From the NCBI RefSeq assembly GCF_006345805.1, contig NC_042997.1, forward strand, positions 25,544,001-25,608,000: a stretch of 64,000 nucleotides of DNA. The letters run 5' to 3'. Every line of letters starts with the position of its first letter. Within the stretch, counting starts at the first letter, position 1. The notes beneath the pieces were generated by a model that saw nothing but the letters and a program-made list of their open reading frames with translations, searched no databases and was not told where the DNA came from. Both the position numbers and the translations under genes were made by a program. Of the stretch, positions 28,725 through 42,077 are shown piece by piece. The stretch is from Octopus sinensis. Taxonomy: Eukaryota.

Positions 28725-29035
28725 AAGTGAACCTCAGCTGATTTTGAACTCAGAGCAAATGAACGGACGTAATACTGATAAGCAGCTTGCACGGAGTGCT
28801 AACGATTCTGCCAGCCTGCTACTCAGATGTACCGATTTCATATTTTGGTATAAATACAGTAATTTCAGGTTAAGTCGATTGCATCGACTTCAGAACTCAA
28901 CTGGTAGTTATTTTATCGACCCAAACGATGAAAAGCAAAGTCGACTTCAGCAGAATTTGAACTCAGAACGTGTAGACGGATGGGTTGCCGCTAAGCACTT
29001 CGCCCGACCTGCAAATGATTTTGCCAGCTTACTAC
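28725..29035 (-). mobile_element. Two degraded family A copies in tandem
   Basis: ttgaactcaga...gctaacgattctgccagc (28725-28820) and aagtcgattgcatcgac...gcaaagtcgac...ttgccagc (28870-29035). Confidence 0.75.
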
Positions 29036-30245
29036 TTAGAAATATAACGAATTTAATTTTATCTATGTTTTACTCGCCCATGTGTCAAAAGCTTCTAAAT
29101 GTTCAGATATTTATAAACGAAAATATGTTCTCTTTCATGATATTCCCTTATCGCACCCGTGTAGATGATCGTTTATCTCCAGTCTCTATCTCGTTTTGAA
29201 GATGACTGCCTATCCATTCTTTAACTTAATTTAAATAAGCCGGTAAAGTATATGCTGAAGAAGATGTGAATATTTGAAACTGAATTTCCATGTTTGCAAT
29301 AGGAATTTACATAAAGAATATAAAGGGTATCTTGAAGTACGGATTTATTCTAATTCTGGCTGAGAGAGTGGGAAAACATTTACCTACCCTTATGGCTTAA
29401 GGTATGTACGCATTTACGTGCAGGTAATGAACTGTAATCAAATTACAGTCCTTCCATCTGACACAACGTATAGTTTAAACAACATCTCTGTATGTCAGTT
29501 TTAAATGCTAATATTGGAAAATTCAGTTTTGCTTTTCAAGATCACGAAAAAAAAAATTCATGTAACATTAATGAGTCAGTAGAAATATGGAATCTGATTG
29601 CACTGAATTGCATGTCTAATAATAATCTAAAACAGCATCAAATTTTAGCCCATCCATTCTCTTTTATCTCCTCCAAATATTTTTGTTATCGTTTTTATCT
29701 AACAAAGTTTTCCTACGCCAATTACGACCAATGTTTTCCCTTCCCTCCTTTTTCTCATACGATCAACGTTAATTATTCTCACTCAGCTTCATTTCGTTTA
29801 TATTTTGTATTTCCTGCCAAACGAATGGTTGTAGGTTTAATCATGCAAACCTAAAAGAGCATAAAATACATGCATATACATCTTGTTACATTTATGCAAA
29901 TATGTATGCAAAATTTATAAATATATAAATATGCGCGCGTGTGTGTGTAATAAATATGTATATGCATATATAAGTGTGCGTTTGTATGTGTGCAAGTGAT
30001 GTCACTGCATATATACAGGAACAACCCCCCACAACCACTCACACACGCATATGCAAACTTGCATAAACATGCATGTATTATGTATATACACATTCCAGAA
30101 TACGTAAAACCTCTTCCTGTGTGCAATTCAAACGACCCAGATTGTTACATCATATACTGCCTGAGTGAAAATACTGCTCAGCAGGTATCCTTGCTGCAAT
30201 ATGTAGATTTCCATGTGCTAATACACGCACCGACTCACACACAGG

Positions 30246-30355
<110 letters not shown>

Positions 30356-30357
30356 CG

Positions 30358-30534
30358 CTAGCCACTACACTTTCATCATTTTCTCTCCTTGTTTCTTTCT
30401 GTGTTCCTTTCTGTGGAAGAGCGTAGGCTCGAAACGTTAAAGATCTTTTCACTTATCAAGCGTTATGCTAATACATCTGTTTGATGTGTACACCACCTGT
30501 CTTCGTCTTTTGTTTTTTGTGAATTTCCCCCCCC

Positions 30535-30538
<4 letters not shown>
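30358..30538 (+). mobile_element. Family C copy, between two TA arrays
   Basis: ctttctgtggaagagcgtaggctcgaaacgttaaag...ctaatacatctgtttg...caccacctgtcttcgtc. Confidence 0.8.
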
Positions 30539-30569
<31 letters not shown>

Positions 30570-30769
30570 CAAAACGCCCCCCTTCCAATGGACCTTGCTG
30601 AGTTGTCAAACATTTAAACCAAATTTTCTTAAAACAACATGTCCGACCGTCCCATAGGCCTCCCCTTTGAGAATCACTGATTTAATCTAAATTTGAGACA
30701 CCAGCAAAAGAAGAAATAAAGATAGATATTTTTCTATTTCAAAGAAAAACGATTTTATTCACACAAATA

Positions 30770-31010
30770 TGCAACCGAAGAGTTTAAAGTACCAGTAAGT
30801 ATATCGCAACAGCTGATGTACAAATGCGCGTTCCCATGGCTTTAGCAATCGCATTCTCACCTGGAATCGATTTTTGTAATCGACTTATACACGCCCTGAT
30901 ACCGTGAGTATCTACACATCAAATTTGAGCGCAATCGGATGGAGGATGCCCGAGATCCTAGAAGACTCACACAGAGACAGTAAAAACGGATTTTAGACAT
31001 ATAAAGATAC
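30770..31010 (+). mobile_element. Possible Helentron/DINE-like non-autonomous element
   Basis: 3' segment atcaaatttgagcgcaatcggatgg...acagagacag...ttttagacatataaagat resembles the general HINE/DINE-1 3' layout (from memory); single copy in the window. Confidence 0.3.
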
Positions 31011-31275
31011 ATCCTTCTACAGAGTTACCGTCATGTATCCTACTTGAGCAGGCAAACATATCAATACATAAAGATATGTTCACATGTACAGACATATACA
31101 CAGACACAAGCACGTCTACACATTTACATACCTTAAATACTCACATACATACAAGCATAAGTACATAGATACATATGTACATATATACATACATGCTTAT
31201 AGGCGTGCTTGCATGCATACGCATGTACACATAGGCATACGCACATACATGCACACACACATACACACATTCTTT

Positions 31276-31731
31276 CATACATACATACATACGTTCATAC
31301 ATACATACATACATACATACATACATACGTTCATACATACATACATACATACATACATACGTTCATACATACATACATACATACAAACAAACATACATAC
31401 ATACATACATACATACATACATACATACATACGTTCATACATACATACATACATACATACGTTCATACATACATACATACATACATACAAACAAACATAC
31501 ATACATACATACATACAAACAAACATACATACATACATACATACAAACAAACATACATACATACATACATACATACATACATACATACATACATACATAC
31601 GTTCATACATACATACATACATACATACATACGTTCATACATACATACATACATACATACATACATACATACATACATACATACATACATACATACATAC
31701 ATACATACATACGTTCATACATACATACATA
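31276..31731. repeat. Long (TACA)n satellite with recurring TACGTTCA and AACA variants
   Basis: Direct reading; explains ORFs 31084-31737 and neighbours. Confidence 0.95.
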
Positions 31732-32252
31732 TTATGAACTAACTGTTATTTTCTCAGATGCACCACAGAGTTTTGTCAGTGAACAGGTCGCGGTTTGAAA
31801 GCGAAAATATTTTGACAAATTAAATTTTCAATTTTGAAGTGAATCTAATTGCTTTTGTGCGATTTAAATGGCTTTCACGCAACAATTGTTTTTGTTTCAG
31901 CACACGATCTCTGATGAAGTTACTTGCTATGGAAGTACAGCTCCGTAATATATATATATATATATAGAAAATCCATAAAAAAAAAAAAACGATGAACAAA
32001 CACAAAAATACAACAACGCAAAGACGTGGTACATGTAACGTATTAGCAGGCACTGGGAGAAGGAAAGAAAGATGGTTTAACGCCCGAAGAATGCTCTTCT
32101 TTAGAAACAAGAAACCGAGGAATGTCCAGTAAAAATGGAAGTCGGAGGTAAAAAGATATCGCCAACGATTCACATGTGGTTACATTAATATATAAATCAA
32201 TCCGAAATTAAGGCGAACAGCAATTTCTCCATGTGATCGGCTTGGAAGATTA

Positions 32253-32396
32253 AGGTGTAGGAGTGGTTGTGTTGTAAGTAGCTTGCTTACTAACCACATG
32301 GTTCGAGTTTAGTATCACTGCGAGGCACCTTGGGCCGACCAAAGCCTTGTGAGTGGATTTGGTAGACGGAAACTGAAAGAAGCCCGTCGTGTATAT

Positions 32397-32437
<41 letters not shown>

Positions 32438-32672
32438 CATGTATAATTAGGTATGTATATGTGTGTATAGGTTTGTGTGTCTATGTTTGTTCCCCTCAAC
32501 ATCGCTTGACAACCGATGCTGGTGTGTTTACGTCCCCATAACATAACGGTTCGGCAAAAAGAGACCGGTAGAATAAGTACTAGGCTTACAAAGAATAAAT
32601 CCTGGGGTCGATTTGATCGACTAAAGGCGGTGCTCCAGCATGGCCACAGTCAAATAACTGAAAGAGTAAAGG
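32253..32672 (+). mobile_element. SINE family B copy with a small internal deletion
   Basis: aggtgtaggagtggttgtgttgtaag head; ccttgggc|cgacc lacks the ~26 bp found between two gggc motifs in other copies; tail ggtgctccagcatggccacagtc. Confidence 0.9.
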
Positions 32673-32784
32673 AGTAGGAGTATATTTTCTTAACATGAAA
32701 TGGTAGGCTTAGTACAAGAATAAAAAGTCTTTATCCACCAATACGGTGTTGAGCACTAATTCTCATTCTTCGACATTTAGGTGA

Positions 32785-32861
<77 letters not shown>

Positions 32862-33045
32862 TGTGTGTGTATGTATGTATGTATATATATATATTTATCT
32901 ACAACTATAAACTAACCTTGGAAGCGCTGAATTTGGATGAAATTTTGCAGACAAGAAAGTAAATTTCGAATGCAGTAAAGCTTTTAAGACAGCAGAGAAA
33001 GATTGGAGATTTGCCCTTATGAGACGGAAAAAAAAGTTGTCATAA

Positions 33046-33115
33046 GGCGGCTACGCGACTCGAACCCATACCCCTCAGATACCGACTGAGAGCTCTAGCT
33101 ATAAATCTAAACGCC
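33046..33115 (-). pseudogene. tRNA-like pseudogene, GGT anticodon position
   Basis: ggcgttt ag atttatagctagagc t ctcag-tcggtat-ctgag gggt atggg-ttcgagt-cgcgt agccgcc; perfect 5-bp anticodon stem and B box; D stem broken; T8 run ~10 nt downstream. Confidence 0.55.
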
Positions 33116-33435
33116 ACGGGAAATTACCACGGAACTTGACGCTAAATTATAGCTTTTGAATACGTCAATCAGTTTGTTTTGTTTGCAAGGTACCAAACAT
33201 ACTTGACGCTTCTAAACTTGGTTTATAAACTGCTGTGGCACTGGAAACCCGTAATTTAGCATCAAATTTTACGGTAATCCATTTTTGGGGGCAATCTTCC
33301 TTAATGGCTAGAAAATTCAGCAGTACCTGCGGGATAGTGTTCGATTCACGCAGCCACTCTTTTCCCCGACTTCTATCATGTCATTACTGCTTTACTGCGT
33401 TCAAAATTTACTGTCTTGTCTACAATATATACGCT

Positions 33436-33829
33436 TTTACGCTTTTACTTATTTCAGTCATTTGACTGCGGCCATGCTGGAGCACCGCCTTTAATCGAGC
33501 AACTCGACCTCGAGACTTATTCTTTTGTAAGCCCAGTACTTATTTTATCGGTCACTCATGCCGAACCGCTAAGTAACGGGGAACATAAATACACCAGCAT
33601 CGGTTGTCAAGCAATGCTAGGGGGACAAACACAGACACACAAACACACGCACGCATATATATATGTACATATATACGACGGGCTTCTTTCAGTTTCCGTC
33701 TACCAAATCCACTCACAAGGCTTTGGTCGGCCCGAGGCTATAATAGAAGACGCTTGCCCAAGGTGCCACGCAGTGGGACTGAACCCAGAACCATGTGGTT
33801 GGTAAACAAGCTACTTACCACACAGCCAC
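33436..33829 (-). mobile_element. SINE family B copy
   Basis: Collinear with 12435-12843. Confidence 0.9.
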
Positions 33830-34184
33830 ACACACACATATATATATATATATATACATACACACGCACACAAACATTTGATCACTATAAACAAAATCAT
33901 CTGTGAGGATGTTCGGCAATAACTTGCAGAACAAACTATCAAAAAAATGCAGCGTAGTATAATGTATGTATCAATTAAACTAGATCTTGATCACATCTTC
34001 CTTTCTACACACACGCTACTATCTATGCAAATTAGCCACAGTAGGATAGCAGTGATCTAAGTGAATATATAGTAATCACACACCGGACAGAGGATATGCA
34101 ATTTATGAGTGTCGATGTGACAAATTAGCTTGAATGATCCCACATTTTCACACATATTCAAATCGGACAATAAATGTCTATTTA

Positions 34185-34226
<42 letters not shown>

Positions 34227-34247
34227 CTATCTCTCTATCTATCTATC

Positions 34248-34278
<31 letters not shown>

Positions 34279-34313
34279 TTGTCTATCTGTTTATGTATCT
34301 ATCTATCTATCCC

Positions 34314-34359
<46 letters not shown>

Positions 34360-34442
34360 GGAAAAGCGAGAGAGAGAGAAAGAGGCATTGGTATAAAGAT
34401 AGATAGATACCTAAGTATTTATGTATATACATATCCATGTAG

Positions 34443-34509
<67 letters not shown>

Positions 34510-34699
34510 CATATGTATATATGTTATATACACACATATATGTATATATGTTATACTCACATACACGTGTATGTTTATATGTGTAAGACCTATCATTGGC
34601 TCTTTAAACTCCACGCCCTCAATAGATGATGTATTCACATCAACAAGTAAATTGAATCGTGGTAGGGCACCTGGAAGGGATGGAATTTGCGATTAGGTG

Positions 34700-35750
34700 G
34701 TGATTACATAACCTCCTTTATTGTGACCTCCTTTATGCAGATGCTGTGACTTAGTAACTCATACAGTGGATGACATGCAAATACTCATGGATTGTATTTC
34801 TGCTTCTTGCAAGGCATTTGGATTCAGCATTAACCTGGACAAACTTTTGTAATGTTCCAGCTTGTACCAGGAAATCCATTTGTGAAACTAGCTGTCTTAG
34901 TTAAATGAACAATTCTGAAGGTGGTAGACAAGTTTGTCTACCTGGGCAGCACACTCAGTCATTGTTGCTCCCTGGATGAGGAAATATCTTTCAGGCTGCA
35001 GAGAGCAACTAATTCCTTCCGGTCCCTTCAGTCCCGAGTCTGGTCCTAGCATGGCATCAGAAGGTAAACAAAAATTGCTGTGTACCGTGCATGTGTACTG
35101 ATATCGCTCCTCTACGTATGTGAAACATGAACCCTTTACAAACGTCATGTAAAGGTTCTCGAACGCTTTCATCGGAGATGTCTCAAACACATTCTCAATG
35201 TTGCCTGCACCTTAAAAATTCCAGACACACAGGTCTTGAGGACAACTGATATCTTGAGAATTGATGCGATGGTGCACAAGCACAGGTTACGTTGGACTGG
35301 ACACCTTATTAGAATCAGAATAGCAGGAACCCAACGCAGATTCTATATGGAGAAATTGTTAATAGAAAGGGGCCCCGAGAGAAACCTAGGCTGCAATTTA
35401 AGGACTGTGTCAAGTCCTCATTAAACACCTGTGATATGCAGAAGACTGACTGCGAGAATAATGCTTGCTATCGTCAGAGACGGAGGAAGCAGGTTAAGGA
35501 GTGGGGTGGACACTTTTGAGAAAGCACGTATTCAGCATGAAGAACTTAAGCGTGCTACGTGAAAATGCACGGCTGGTGTAGTGAATGGAGAAAGCTTGGT
35601 TTGCAATGATGGCAATCGTGTAGGCTTGTCAAGAGCAGGGCTCATTAGCCACCAACGGAGCCGCAAATGCAAAATATAAGTTAGTCCTAGAGCGCACAAT
35701 GTTCCTGAAGGTCAGCAATGATATTCCTTGGTTACAAGTGGTCGGCCATC
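34700..35750 (+). mobile_element. 5'-truncated RTE-like LINE remnant (RT C-terminal half and 3' end)
   Basis: Frameshifted translation: DLLYAD, DMQILMDCISASCKAFGFSINLDK, VDKFVYLGSTLS, TKIAVYRACVL, LERFHRRCLKHILN, HRLRWTGHLIR, PRLQFKDCVK, SRAGLISHQR; typical RTE/BovB-like motifs. Confidence 0.85.
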
Positions 35751-35829
35751 ATATATATATATATATATATATACATGATATATATAATAAATGTATATAT
35801 GATATATTATATATATTATATATATTTTT

Positions 35830-35883
<54 letters not shown>

Positions 35884-36133
35884 CACACAAATATTGAGGG
35901 AGACAGACATGAATATGTACGTATGATGTATGTGTGTACATATGTATACACGGATTTGGGTATAGACGTTTGAATGCACGTCAGTGTCCTGGAAAGATTG
36001 TGAGTTTGTATGCATACATGATTTATACTCACTAACCTTGTATTATTAATATAAGTATATACATATATACATACATGTGTGTATATATATATACATATAT
36101 ATATATATGTATGTATGTATATGTATGCATGTG

Positions 36134-36228
<95 letters not shown>

Positions 36229-36278
36229 TGAGAGAGATGTACATATGCATAGACACATACACTGCTACTGAGTACTTA

Positions 36279-36333
<55 letters not shown>

Positions 36334-36942
36334 GAATATATATAGATATATGTATATTTGCAAATATTAATCTAAGTTTGTCTGTGTATATATATATGTT
36401 TGCATGGAATACGTTTTTACTTTTTTTTTTTAAACCACTGTATTTATTTAGGCGAAGTGAAAAATAAAAGAACCAAAAAAAAAAAAAAAAACTTGGAATG
36501 CTCACCAACAATAAATAAGATTTCAACCAGACATGATTTAGAAATATTTGGTTGCAGGAAATGAGAATTTATCTTTAGAAACATGAAATTGGGAAATATG
36601 ATGAAGAAATATAAAATGTAAACAGTGCACGATATAAAAATACGATGGAAAATATAACATATATTCTTCCATTATATTTTACCTCTTTCATCTCGGAGAT
36701 CATATGAGTTTTCTAAGATATTTCGTATTTGAAGAAAAACATTTAAAAATACATATATTTTTCCCTCTCTTCTTCGACTAAAAATTGACGAGAAGTCGTA
36801 TCTATTTCTTACGCTATCTTTTGATAGATCTCTCTTCCTATATAGAATTCATACATAGTCTGCGTGCACGTGCGCACACACAAACGCGCATATACCTACT
36901 TGTACGCATAAACAAAACTAAGAATTTAAAACGAATATATAT

Positions 36943-37006
<64 letters not shown>

Positions 37007-39163
37007 ATGTATGTATGTATGTATGTATGAATGCATGTATGCATTTATGTATGTATATGTCCTCTTATGTCCCTGTATATATGAATGTATTCACATGCAC
37101 ATATACACATACACATCCTTGGAAGATATATTCTGAGTATATATTTATGCTCATTTCCTACATGTACATATCTGTACGCGCGTGCGCAAGCTTGTAGTGC
37201 ATTTCACAATGTACTTTTTAATATAAAATTTCGCGCGCGCACACCTACACACATATGCACAAACTTTCTGTTTCTCTTTCTCTCTGTCACTGTGTCTATC
37301 TGCCTATTTCTTTCTCTCCCCCCCTCTCTCTCTCTCTCTCTCTCTGTAACCGTATACGTACATATATGTGTTGTGTCGCTGTTTGTCTGTGTGTGTGTAT
37401 ACCCTCGTGCGCCTTCGTGAATATATGATATATGATATTCAGATACAAGGCCTGTAAATTCCTATGAAATAACATTCGAATCTGTTAAACATTCTATCTG
37501 TCACAATTCACTCTATGTATATATAATTAACATGAAAACTGACATCAGATCTGTGAAGGTTTCTATTCCTGTTCCATTTTTATTACATAAAGCAAGAACA
37601 TATCTCTTTTCAGTTTAAGGCTGTTTTCTTCCATTTCATTTCACATCACTGTTTCAGTTTTTTATTTTGCAATTTTGTTTTAACGCTTCTTCAAATCTCA
37701 AACGTACTCTCACTCTGCTAGTTTCACGAATAGAAGAGAAATTTATCCCCAGAGCGGAGATTTCATGTAACTATTTAAAAAATAACGAACACATTTCACT
37801 TATAGTAAGCTCAGGCCAAGTAGTGCATTTGAATCAAGCACTAAATTAAACCTATCATGTGAAAATAGGGACTATAATTCCGCAAGTTTTTCATGTTTCA
37901 AATATTACTGACAAGTATTTACAACTTCAAAATCTATTTTGGAAAGCACACGTTCGAGGTTCCGAGCTTGGGGAACGAACGCGAAACTTGAATTTTCAAA
38001 GCAGACTTCTTAATCATGCAATCATACCTGCGCCATACTTAGTTGAGACATTTGGCCTTTAGCAAGATCTATATCCATTACATATAGTAAGATAAACAAA
38101 ATTTAGATATTTTTACTACAATACAAATAAGCTGTTGAGGTCACCTATGTTAAGTCAATCGAATTACATAAAGTAGCAGACAGATTCCATTAAATTAACA
38201 ATGTCGAATGTTTATATCCACTGGAAATTTCGGAAATAGACTTCTAACATCCATAGCAGAAGTCTATGCGGCACAACATTTTCCTACGTATTAGAAGGTG
38301 ATTTGTCTTTTTGTTCGATTCTAAGTGTAACCAGTTGTCTTGATATTTTATTGAAATTTGTCCTTGCTTGCAGATCTTTATCTGATTTTGTTTTTCTTTT
38401 CTATTATCACAATTTTTATCTTTAATGAAAATTTGATACCCATGTCACTTTTACCGATTCCCGTATGTAATTTGTAACCCAGTATGTTAAGAGTTATTTT
38501 AAGTTTATTGTAAAGTAGCATTTCTTTCCATATTGTGAGTATGATAATGTCTATCTTTAATAATCTTCTTTCGTTGAATTGATAATGAACTTTTGTAACT
38601 GAGAATGATTGGTGTTTCAGTAAGCAAATCAAGTTCACAATTGTCTAACTATTTCCTCCTGACTTGTACTTCAGGAAGCTATTGCAATGCACAGTTACGC
38701 AATAGAAGCAACAAAAATCGATAGGAAAACAATAGCTTGCGTCACTTGAATTCTATGAAGAATTCCATGAAACTGAATAGAGAATGTAACTAATATTTGA
38801 TCAATGCACTATCCGAATCTGGCTACTCTCGTTTTCATGTAATATATATGCAGAAAAAAATAGTTGGTCCAGAAAATGCTCATGAAGAAACAGGTTGACG
38901 GAGAAGTATACAAAGTCGCAATCTGGTTTTGGAAGTTAATACATAATAGTTTACAAGCTTTTAAAGCATTTTCAAAAGCAAACTCTTCTTTATATCCTTC
39001 GCATATATTATTCCAATCTTCTCGTATTGAAAAATCTTCAAGTCATTCATGAGATACCTGCTGGTTGTTTAGAATATTTGTGAAATTATGCGGATTGTAG
39101 ATATGATGGGTTCTTTTCTCATTTTCTTCTTTTTATTTCAATGATTTCCCCCCACCCCAATAT

Positions 39164-39397
39164 CTATTTCTTTATTACCCACAAGGGGCTAAACACAGAG
39201 GGGACAAACAAGGACAGACATAGGTATTAAGTCGATTACATCGACCCCAGTGCGTAACTGGTACTTAATTTATCGACCCCGAAAGGATGAAAGGCAAAGT
39301 CGACCTCGGTGGAATTTGAACTCACAACGTAACGGCAGACGAAATACCGCTAAGCATTTCGCCCGACGTGCTAACGATTCTGCCATCTCGCCGCCTT
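39164..39397 (-). mobile_element. SINE family A, full length
   Basis: Reverse complement of ggcggcgag...agaaataga consensus, well conserved. Confidence 0.92.
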
Positions 39398-40185
39398 AAT
39401 ATCATTGTTAGTGTGCTATCCCAGTTTATTCTTCATGTCATCCTTATATATTGAAAAACAAAATGGTAGTATTTTTTAAAGATCTCATGTTCGGTTTCTA
39501 TCATCTGTGGTCACCTAAACATTTGAGCTAAGTGAGGAAGTGAACTAAAAAAATTTCCCTGATATATTTTCCTTCGTTATGATATCGGCGGGAAAATAAA
39601 TACTGACATAATTATCATTGCTTTTTCATTTCATTTTGGCTTTATGCAGTGAGCAAAGAAAGCTAGATGAGACTAGCTATGAAAATTACTTACGCACTCC
39701 AGATTCCAATACAGAAATCTACGAGCCACTAAAAGTTGGTAAATAGCTGCTCATCTCACTAGAGTTATTAGTCACATTTCTATAAATCCTTCTCTGCTGG
39801 TCTGTCACAAATGAAAAACATTTCGAATAACGTAACACCCATAATACAGACGATTGAATAATCGGAAGAAAAGCCTTTAATTGTAAAATTGTTCATTTGG
39901 GTCTAACCTAGTCATAAACGTAACGGGTCTAACCTAGTCGTAAACGTAATGGTCTGCATGATATCAATCTTTCTATATCTTTAATTCATATACGTACAAA
40001 TTGCTTTTATACAATATTGAGCATTTAGATTAACAGTTATTTTTTCGCGCATAACGGTCATTTTGATAGCATGTTTTTCGATGGCCCGATAACTGAAGAG
40101 ATGCCGGCGTGGATTTCCTGCCCGACATCCGAAACTTGGAGTTTTATCACGGCTACCGAATAACTGTCACATTTTATAATTACAG

Positions 40186-40333
<148 letters not shown>

Positions 40334-41237
40334 GTGTGTGTATATAAACGAAATAAGAAGCAGAATATCGAGTGGTAACAGTACGATCGTTTCAATTATT
40401 TGTGCAGCTGAAGATAGCATTGCATTTAAATTGTTGTAATGTTGCATAGTTCAGTTAAATAGAGCCGCTTGAAACGGTTGTACTGCATTATTACTTGATA
40501 TCCTGTTACTTATTTTGTTCTTATTCAACTTACTTCGAACTGTGCGGATAATAACAGACTGACTTGGTATTTCAACTTACGTACCTAATTCTATGTATAT
40601 ATATATATGAGATTTTCAATTATAGTAATAAAGGATAACATTTTTTATTTTAATTTTATCAGTGGCCAGCATATAAAAATACACCGTCTAAGGTGAAATT
40701 ATATATCTAATTATAATTAAGGACATACAAAAAAAAAAAATTTGTAAGCCTATATTCTGAAGATAGATGCTAAATCGTCTTACAACTTCAAAAGTCACAA
40801 AAATTCACGCGCAGAAAGCGAGGGAGCATACTAACGGAAATTAATAACAAAATAGATAGCCCTGGATTAGTTAATTTCTGGTTCTCTCCCATGGCTTTAC
40901 CTCATCAGCAGAGCATACATATAGGAAATAAATGAGATATTTATACATACCTACAAGAAAGCAAACACAAAGCCATAACTACACATAAATACCTGAGATA
41001 CCTTCAAGTACAAATTTTGCAGCTTACCTTAGCACGTGCATTCAGTCGTAGTAGCACATAAACGGCTATACTATCCCGAAGTGAATAGAAGTTTTTCACT
41101 TATGATAATAAAGGATAATGTTTAAAAAAAATTTTCCAATTCCTGAGCGTTATACTAATGCATCTGTTTGTTTTGTATACCACCTGTTTTTGCCTTTTGT
41201 GTTTTTTTTAACTCTCCCTATATATATATATATATAA

Positions 41238-41356
41238 GCCTGCTCGCTTAGCCAGCGGGGTGGTGTCATTTGAAGGCTAAAACAATGCGAAGCGCATTGT
41301 GACGAGCGATGTGTAGTAACATCAGATAGCCTGGTCAGTCACGGTGATCACGGTGA
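41238..41356 (+). mobile_element. Short repeat D (probable SINE 3' portion), TA-flanked
   Basis: gcctgctcgcttagccagcggggtgg...gctaaaacaatg...gcgatgtg...gtgatcac; inverted homologue at 61101-61218. Confidence 0.8.
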
Positions 41357-41781
41357 TATATATATATATATATATTTGTGCGTATATATTGAGAGAAATA
41401 AAGAGAGAGAGAGAGAGAGACAGAAAGACAGACGGACAGACAGACAAACAGACAGAGAGGCAGAGATCTTACGAATGTATATCTTTCTGATTCCCGGGGT
41501 ATGGTCGTTGAAATTCTTCACATTTATAGGTAGAACTTGTTTGTTTCCACGAGCTGATTGCCGTTTATGTGTCACTGGATCAGAATATATTTTATTGCTT
41601 TCAAACGTTTTAAATATTTTCTATATCTAATTAGCTTTTGAAATAAAAGTAATATTTTCTTATTAGCATCAGTAATTGTTCTGTTTAATTTTTTTGTGTT
41701 CATCAGTAGTAAATGAAATCCACGAGATATACATGTATACAAACACACACACACACACACATACATACATACATACATACA

Positions 41782-41817
<36 letters not shown>

Positions 41818-41844
41818 TATATATGCATATATACATACATATAG

Positions 41845-42077
41845 GGCGGCGAGCTGGCAGAAACGTTACCGCGTCGGGCGAAACGCTTAGCGGTATTTCG
41901 TCTGTCGTTACATACTGAGTTCAAATTACGCCGAGGTCGACTTTGCCTTTCATCCCTTTCGGGGTCGATAAATAAGGTACCAGTTGCGTACTGGGGTCGA
42001 TGTAATTGACTTAATCCGTTTGTCTGTCCTTGTTTGTCCCCATCTATGTTTAGCCCCTTGTGGGTAGTAAAGAAATA
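41845..42077 (+). mobile_element. SINE family A, full length
   Basis: ggcggcgagctggcagaaacg...gagttcaaattac...ggggtcgatgtaattgac...gtagtaaagaaata. Confidence 0.92.

Noticed and set aside
31084-31742. 217-aa and 177-aa ORFs
   Set aside because: Translations of the (TACA)n satellite
31905-31945. CTGATGA hammerhead core candidate (others at ~6785, ~40905, ~57477)
   Set aside because: No correctly placed stem II, GAAA and stem III
39899-39950. 26-bp tandem duplication
   Set aside because: Ordinary short duplication
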